From Octopus vulgaris (lineage: Eukaryota), in assembly GCA_951406725.2 (NCBI GenBank), contig OX597820.1:119102001-119166000 (forward strand): DNA of 64,000 bases, given 5' to 3'. Made by a program: the position numbers and the translations under genes. Below the pieces are notes generated by a model. It was given only the letters and a program-made list of their open reading frames with translations. It had not been told where the DNA came from and made no database searches. Below are positions 55,979-64,000 of the stretch, one piece after another; the stretch's first letter is position 1; every line of letters begins with the position of its first letter.

Positions 55979-56894
55979 GAGGGTGAACAATTTGATATTA
56001 ATTTAATAATACCATCAATTTAACACCAAGTGGCTTAGCATATAAAACTAGGGGATAATACAAATTTATACATAAATTATAAGTGTCAATCTAGTTTTTC
56101 GTTATATTTCACTATCCTTCCGTTAAATGTAATGTTATTTCTTCTTGGAAACATCTTTCTGTGGCTATACTAGTAACGGAGCTATTTTTAGCACTAGAGC
56201 TATTCACATAGTGGTAACTCTCTTATAATTTATATATATATATATGAATTAGAAAAATACCTCACCTTTTATCAATTCAATAATGAAAAATATATAAGTT
56301 CAAGATTCAAGTGACTCAAGTACTTAATTGGTAAAGCCTCGGGTCGGCTGATATAATGTATACTACGAGATCAGAGGACCGACTACCTACATACCGAAGT
56401 ACAGACAAATTGTTATTCCACTTGTATATACAGTTAAGTGCACCGAACAGTGTATATCTTGGGTCCTAATATTGTATGTAGGACCACACAGTGCACCAAC
56501 TGTACTGAACTTGATAAACTCCAGATCCGTGTTAATGGCAGGTTCCGAATCAGGTGAATAATAAATAACAACAAATCGTTAATTGTTATTTCACTACAGC
56601 TGTTTCCAACGAGTTTCTTTTATTATTGATGAATAGCGATATTACATCATGCGAAAATAATTGTTTTCATCGGGTCAATGCATGCGAAATACACATTAAA
56701 ACAAAGACATTCCAAAAATCACCAGTTTGTACCATTTCATAATTCCTTGACATGTAATAGTCAAAAGAATGGATTCGCTTGCTCATGTTAGTTAATATAG
56801 GAAAAACATTTCGATGACAGGAAGTGAGGTGGAGAGCATTTATAGCGTTGAATCATCTATAGTGTATGAACCATTATCCATCGTGAAATTTAAA

Positions 56895-58498
56895 GAAGAA
56901 CAAGAGACGAAGACAGGTGTATTAGTTTGATGCTCGGGAAGGTGAGAAAGTCTTCTACGTTTCGAGCCTACATTCTTCAGCAGAAAGGAACACGAGGAAA
57001 TAAACAGAGAAGGAATAAAAAAGATCTTGTGAATTTAGCGCTCAATCATGGAGACTGGTTAGAAAAAGGCAGTTGGATAGGAGAGCTGGGAAGAAGGGCA
57101 GATAATAAAGTACTGGTGATCCTAAAACTAAGGTGCGCTTGCGTATGTGTATGTGAGAGTGTGTGTGTATGTGTGGGTATGGGCTGGTGATTTTGACGTG
57201 TGTATGTGTGCGTGTAACTTGACGTGTGGATATGTGCACCTGTAATATGTGGGTGAATAGACGATGGTGTGGGTGTGGGAAGGTGGTCACTGCTAATGTG
57301 TGCTCCTGGAGGCGTTGGAATGAGAATGTGGTGGTGTTGTAACGAGGATGTAGGGGTGAGGTTGTGGGGTGAGGTGATGATGTGGGGTGAGTATGGAGGT
57401 GGAGGTGCCGGGGATAGGGGTAGGTATGTGTGGGGTGGATGGAGGCTGTATCAATGAAAGGAGAAGGTGCGTAGGAGTGAAGAGAGGAAGCAGGTGTCAG
57501 GGCAAAAGAGGGGAGAGCGAAGAGAAGAAGTAGGTATCAGATGAAGAGGGGAGGGGAGTTGAGCCCATATGGTACAAAGAAGCGAAGAGAGAAGATTAAT
57601 TCCGGTTCACGACAAAGGTGGGAGTCTGGATGGCCCCTGTGCAAAGATTGTCCGAATACAAACGGGTGTTGTAATTAATGAATGACCAGTTGAGCGGAAA
57701 TGACGCTAGACCGAGCGCCATTGCCGAGCCTAATGTCTCGGAGAGGCGCCGCGAAGCGATCAGCCAAGCGGCATCCCGTTTGACCGATGTACAGAGAAGG
57801 GCAGAAATAGCAGGAGATGAAGAAAATGAGGTTGGTAAAAGTGCAGGTAAAGGAGTCAATGATATGATAGGGAAGATGATGGGTGCCTGTGAGAAGGGTG
57901 GTGTTGGAGAGGCAGGGACAAGTGCGGCAGTGTGGGCGTGAGCAGTGGACCGAGCCAGCTTGGGAGATTAGGCTAGGGAAGAGACTGTGAACCAGGACTA
58001 TTGCTGGAATCGAACTGGAGTCACCGGAAGGCTCGCAGAATTGTGCGTTGGAGAAGGATGGAGGGGTTGTAGGTGAGAGGAAACGGGAGATGAGCAGCAG
58101 CAGGGCGTGTGCAAGGAGAGATCAGAGGCACAGCCCACGGAACGTGCTCTAGCAAGGGCGGTGTGGATAGTGGTGAGAGGATATCCACGAAGGTTGAAGT
58201 GGCGAGTTATGAGTTGAGACAGAGTCTCAAAGTCATGGTTGTCACTGCAGAACCTGCGCAGACGGAGGAATTAGGTTTAGGGGATGGAGAGCATGATGTG
58301 GGTAGGGTGGGGGGAGGAGAAGTTGAGGTATGAGTGTAAATCCGTGTTTGTGGTGGATGGAGGTAGGAGTTGCGTATGTTGACCGAAATGTCAAGAAAGG
58401 CGACGGAAGTGTTGGATATGGTGCAGGAGAAATGGAGGGCAGGATGGAAGGAATGGATAAAAAAGAGGAAGGAGTCTAGTTGTTGCAGGAAAAAAAGC
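56895..58498 (-). mobile_element. Penelope-like element (Neptune type), 5'-truncated and decayed: end of RT, CxxC linker, GIY-YIG endonuclease, terminal repeat
   Basis: VAFLDISV...HTYLNFSSPHP...FLRLRRFCS...RGYP; CRTC; DSFTCTFTNLIFFISCYFCPSLYIGQTGCRLADRF; terminal VPYGLN; family H repeat at ~56895-57050. Confidence 0.9.
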
Positions 58499-58523
58499 AA
58501 ATATATATATATACACATATATA

Positions 58524-58688
58524 GGCGCAGGAGTGGCTGTGTGATAAGTAGCTTGTTTACCAACCACATGGTTCCGGGTTCAGTCCCACTGGGTGGCACA
58601 TTGGGCAAGTGTCTTCTGCTATAGCCTCGGGCCGACCAAAGCCTTGTGAGTGGATTTGGTAGACGGAAACTGAAAGAAGCCCGTCGTA

Positions 58689-58726
<38 letters not shown>

Positions 58727-58948
58727 TATATGCGTGTGTGTGTTTGTGTGAGTGTGTTTGTCCCCCTAGCATTGCTTGACAACCGATGCTGGTGTGTTTA
58801 TGTCCCCGTTAATTAGCGGTTCGGCAAAAGAGACCGATAGAATAAGTACTGGGCTTACAAAAACATAAGTCCCGGGGTCAAGTTGCTCGATTAAAGGCGG
58901 TGCTCCAGCATGGCCGCAGTCAAATGACTGAAACAAGTAAAAGAGAGA
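58524..58948 (+). mobile_element. SINE family B
   Basis: Same layout as the other B copies; abuts the PLE. Confidence 0.9.
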
Positions 58949-59654
58949 GTATATGGCAGGAATATTTGGCAGACCCAGAAACAAACATCTGCCTTCGGTA
59001 TCAAACCTGAATCATTATAGTCGGTCATAAAAATCCATAAAAAGAATTAAATAGACAAGATGGTGACAAGGGTTGACGACATGTGTCAGTCTCTGATAAA
59101 CATATTAAGGATTTGCTTTTTGTTTTTCATTCGCAGATAATTTGCCCAGAGAAATAAACAACGGAATCTACAGATGTTTAACTCATAAGAAGCCCAGTGT
59201 TGCAAAGTAAGTGCTTGGGACTTGCAGCAAATTGAAACCTCATTCGCAGTTTCGTCTCCAGTGCCTTTCTGAGAAATATTAGCTTCATATATATAGATAG
59301 TGCGCCACTTAATTAGTCAGCGGTCACAATCAAACCATGACCAGTTGCTGTAAGAACTTTGCGCTACTCAACCTCCGCTACCGAATGCCATGGGAAAGAC
59401 AGTGTACGTGACACAGCTTTAGCCAGCAGACTGAAAAAAGAATGTACGCCACTCAAGGTTGCTCTCATTGCTGACACACATATTTATCACAGACACACAA
59501 AACCTGAGTATTTTGGCTCCAATATCTTTTTTTCTGTCGTTCACCGCAACGGACGCATTTTCGTTAACGCTAAAAAAATAATTTGTACTTGGAACTTGAT
59601 AAAACATCAACTGTTCTGCTAACTGACAAACATATATTGGTTTCAGTGGGGGAG

Positions 59655-59826
59655 GGAGTAAATCAATTACATCGACCCCACTGTTCAGCTGGTACTTATT
59701 TTGTCGACCCTGAAAGAATGAAAAACAAAATTAACCTCTGCGGTATTTGAGCTCAGAGTAGAAACTCGAATAAGATGACGCTAAGCACTTTCCCCGACGT
59801 GCTAACGATTCTGCCAGCTTACCACG
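59655..59826 (-). mobile_element. SINE family A, diverged
   Basis: Family A head and body. Confidence 0.7.
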
Positions 59827-60144
59827 ACATATCTGTGCATGGCCGAAGAACATCTGTACATTTTCTGTAAGCAAAATGCCAGCCACATTGTATCCATTGG
59901 CCGAGGTTAACTCGACACCAAATGAGTGTGCAGCAAATTTTACAAACATGCAACAACGCCTACACTTCAAATATGACTCAGACTTCAGAATGAACAAAAA
60001 TTCGTCTATGGTCGCTTCTCTATCACACTGTACTTTAGGAAAATGTAAACATACATACATACTACATGTATTTATATATACAAATATACATACACACACA
60101 CTTATGCATGTATACCCACAAGGGGCTAAACAAGGACAGACAGG

Positions 60145-60179
<35 letters not shown>

Positions 60180-60189
60180 GGCAGACGAA

Positions 60190-60233
<44 letters not shown>

Positions 60234-60282
60234 ATGTATATATATATGTATGTATGTATGTATGTATATATATATATATAAC

Positions 60283-60430
60283 GGGAAGGTTTACGAAAAT
60301 AAACAAAACACGAAGGCAGGTGGAGTACAAGCAAACAAATGTATTAGTATGGCGCTCAGGAATAGAAATAGAACAAGTCTTTTAAGTTTTGAGCCTACGC
60401 TCTTCGACAGAAAGATACACAGAAAAAAAC
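60283..60430 (-). mobile_element. Family H element copy
   Basis: Closely similar to 43826-43965. Confidence 0.7.
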
Positions 60431-60482
60431 AAATGTATATATATATATATATATCATCATCATCATCATCAACGTTGCATTC

Positions 60483-60842
60483 AGTCGGTTACGATGGCGA
60501 GGATTCCAGTTGATTCAGTCAACGGAACAGCCTGCTCGTGAAATTAACCTGCGATTGCTTGAGCACTCCACAGTCACGTGTACCCTTAACGTAGTTCTCG
60601 GGGAAATTCAGTGTGACAAGGCTGGCCCTTTGAAATATAGGTGCAACAGAAACAGGAAGAAAGAGTGGGAGAAAGTTATGGTGAAATAATACAGCAGAGT
60701 TAGTTACGACCCCCTGCCACAGCCTCGTGGACGTTTAGGTGTTTCCACCCAATAAACATTCACAATGCACGGTCTAGGAATCGAAACCGCTATCCTATGA
60801 CCATGAGTACGCTACCCTAACCACTGGCCATTGCGCCTCCAC
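60483..60842 (-). mobile_element. SINE family D, diverged
   Basis: Same layout as 41931-42309. Confidence 0.85.
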
Positions 60843-60982
60843 TATATATGTATGTGTGTGTACATAAGCATGAGTTAGCTTTGAGTTAGCTTTTACGTAT
60901 GCATGTGATGATCACCTGAATTTGTGTATTTGTTTCTCATTGGGTAGGGTGTTCGTCGTGTGGGTTTGCTGGTCGGTCTGTG

Positions 60983-61031
<49 letters not shown>

Positions 61032-61268
61032 ATTTGTGTGAACATGTGTGTGCACATGTGTGTGAATGTATTCTTGAGTAATCGTCACAGATCTAGCAAT
61101 ATATCGACTCCATTATTCATGGTAGATAAATAGTGACACGTAAATTGCTTTACGTCACTCAGTGACTCACTCTAAGACAAGCATATATATATATATATGT
61201 CTGTATGTATGTATATATATTTTTGTGTGTGTGTGTGATTTTGTATGCATTAAATATATGTATATATT

Positions 61269-61320
<52 letters not shown>

Positions 61321-62695
61321 TGTTTGTGTGTATATATATATGTGTATATATGTATATTTGTGTGCGTATATATGTATATACATGTATATATTTATATACA
61401 CAGACATATATATATATGTATATATATATGTATATATATATATGAATGTTTGCGTGTATATATGTATATTTGTGTGCGTATATATGTATATACATGTATA
61501 TATTTATATACACAGACATGCATGCGTGTATCTATGTGTATATACGTGTTTGTATTTTCTGTGTGTGTTTCTGTGCTTGTGGTGCATGTGCCAATTCCCA
61601 AGTGTATTGTGGCCACCTCATATAGATAATACATACAATTATATGTCATTTCTGGAAAACTAGTTGAACTGGATGCTGGTTGGAAGAGAAACAGAGAAAT
61701 AAGAACGAAAAGCCTGACAGAAGAAAAAAAGAACAGACACACAAGAATAAAAATAGAACACCTCACTGCCACCATCACCACCAGCAACAACAACCATCAC
61801 AACCATGGCACTGGCAAAAACAAAAAGAAAAGAAAAATGCAACAGTAGCATGAATGGAGGCGAGGGAAAACGTACATTAAAGAGAAAAGAAAACTGTAAC
61901 AAGCCAAAACTAAAGCCGACGGTATACATTAAAGAATTCCATCAGAAGGGACCGTTTTGTAGAGAAGCAAAACCTTTAATCTATCTGGAATCCTAACCCA
62001 CAAAGCATTAAGATAGTTAACTCAAGATTTCATAGAATTCCTTGTGTTATTCTTTGACCGTTATTGCTTTTGATTTGCAGTCGCGTCACCAAAATTCGTT
62101 TTTCCTGCCTACAGTCGCAAGTCGAATTTCCATTTTTTTTAAACATTTGTTTCTATTCTTTTTGCATTCCTCTCATGTGGTATATACGTCCACACTTTTT
62201 TTTATTTTTATTTTCATCTCTGTATTCGTTTTACATTGTCTTTAACATAGCGTTAGTTCCATTATATATACCTACATACGCACATGTATACACAGAAGAA
62301 GAGAGAGAGCGAGAGAGAATGTTATTGAAAGCGAATAGACACGATATAATGAAACCCAACATTTATACACGTACTTTATATTTATGTGTATATGTGTGTG
62401 CGCGTAAATAATCACACACCCTTGTGTATACACCCGTGCACTGTTACATACATCTTTCCAAGTGTATACATTTTCTTCCTTCCCTCCATTACGTCACTCA
62501 GCCAACCAGAAGCTTCGTTATAATAGTTATATATGTGCCGAAACTTACAGCCACAAACACACGACACCATTCTATATCCTTCCCATATTATACACGAGAA
62601 GCAAATATTCATGAATATATTCTCACGTTTAAACTTAGATTCATTATGCAATGTTTATATCTAACTCTTTTTTTCATAGCTTTCATGCTTCGTAT

Positions 62696-63097
62696 ACTCT
62701 CTTTACTCTTTTACTTGTTTCAGTCATTCGACTGCGGCTATGCTGGAGCACCGCCTTTTTAGTCGAGCAAATCGACCCCGGGACTTATTCTTTGTAAGCC
62801 CAGTACTTATTCTATCGGTCCCTTTTGCCGAACCGCTAAGTGACAGGGACGTAAACACACCAGCATCGGTTGTCAAGCAATGCTAGGGGGACAAACACAG
62901 ACACACAAACACACACACACATATACATATATATATATACGACTGGCTTCTTTTAGTTTCCGTCTACCAAATCCACTCACAAGGCATTGGTCGGCCCGGG
63001 GCTATAGCAGAAGACACTTGCCCAAGATGCCATGCAGTGGGACTGAACCTGGAACCATGTGGTTGGTTAGCAAGCTACTTACCACGCAGCCACTCCT
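62696..63097 (-). mobile_element. SINE family B
   Basis: Same layout as the other B copies. Confidence 0.9.
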
Positions 63098-63521
63098 GGA
63101 ATTAAGTAAATATTATTCAATCAAGAATTGTCTCCCTTACGTTAGTCAGATGGGAATATACAAAGGAAGAGATCGGAGAGGAAGATCGAAGATCGAAGTT
63201 AATAAATTTGTTTATCTCGTTTGAATTTCGTCAATCATATTGTTTAATTAACTGAATAATTAATTTGTTTTTTAGTAGCCTGTATCGCACGAGTGACTAC
63301 TGCTATCATCTTCAAATGAATGCCATCACGCTGTTCCGGTGGGCAGGGACTAACGTTGCCCTGAACGATACGAGAGCCCCTCGCAGTATGAAAATTTTCC
63401 CTTAGAGTGAACTAGGGAAATATGAACGTGAAGTGTTTTACTCAATAACATAAAGCACCGCCGGTTCGGGAATCGAAACCGTGGTCATGAATGCAACATA
63501 TTAACCACTAGGCCACACACA

Positions 63522-63593
<72 letters not shown>

Positions 63594-63603
63594 TAGTTAT
63601 ATG

Positions 63604-63729
63604 TAGTTAATCCAAACATGAAAACACAAAGAGTAAACACAACAACGTGAGGACGTGGAACAAGTATAGTTTTATTGGACGCTCAGGAAAGAAGGAAAGA
63701 AGGAGGGCTTAACGTTTCGAGCGGAGCTT
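63604..63729 (-). mobile_element. Family F element, truncated
   Basis: Matches the 5859 copy up to gagcggagct. Confidence 0.7.
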
Positions 63730-63736
63730 TAACTCA

Positions 63737-63960
63737 TTTTTACAGTTCCAGTTTTCTCCTTTCTGGTTTTGAGAAGCCTAACTTCTCAATATTGGTATTT
63801 AGACAATTGGTTAAATATCCTAGTAACCCAATAATTGTAGGTATAAACCTGAACTTATAATCTGGATTCAATAACTGCAGATTTCTCTGGGATAACTCCA
63901 ACATAAAACCTGCGGCTCAGTGGTTACTGATGATGTTGACTTGTTCTTCTTTTCGGATTA
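63737..63960 (-). mobile_element. RLE-type LINE 3' fragment related to 44205-44480
   Basis: RNLQLLNPDYKFRFIPTIIGLLGYL...LNTNIEKLGFS. Confidence 0.7.
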
Positions 63961-64000
63961 TGGCCCCTGTTGCTTAGTGAGTGGGATTGACTCAGTGCAC

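Noticed and set aside
59830-60050. Non-repetitive part of ORFs 59731-60330 and 59876-60178
   Set aside because: The ORF length comes from flanking repeats and the peptide is not recognised.

Overview
AT-rich, microsatellite-saturated eukaryotic non-coding DNA. The repeat repertoire resembles an octopus (cephalopod) genome; this is inferred from recalled SINE families and not verified. No intact protein-coding gene is visible, and nearly all listed ORFs are translations of (TA)n, (CA)n, (TATC)n, (TACA)n or (AAT)n tracts. The window holds about 25 copies of at least five tRNA-derived SINE families. It also holds decayed LINE fragments (CR1, Tx1/L1-like, R4/Dong-like), a Neptune-type Penelope-like element (PLE), mariner fragments, a Merlin-like MITE, Helitron-like ends, a ~130-bp minisatellite and several long inverted repeats. 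The most notable signal is a dense, diverse set of type I hammerhead ribozyme (HHR) motifs. These include a canonical HHR at 27365-27415 (-), a tandem 363-nt unit with a compensated U3-A8 core (13066 and 13429), a family with a long covarying stem II (5490 and 46679), and PLE-type minimal HHRs. One element joins a tRNA-derived head to an HHR-bearing PLE-like tail and is flanked by 12-bp target-site duplications (38133-38756 and 48304-48921). All structures were derived by eye, none was folded computationally or tested, and many element boundaries are approximate.
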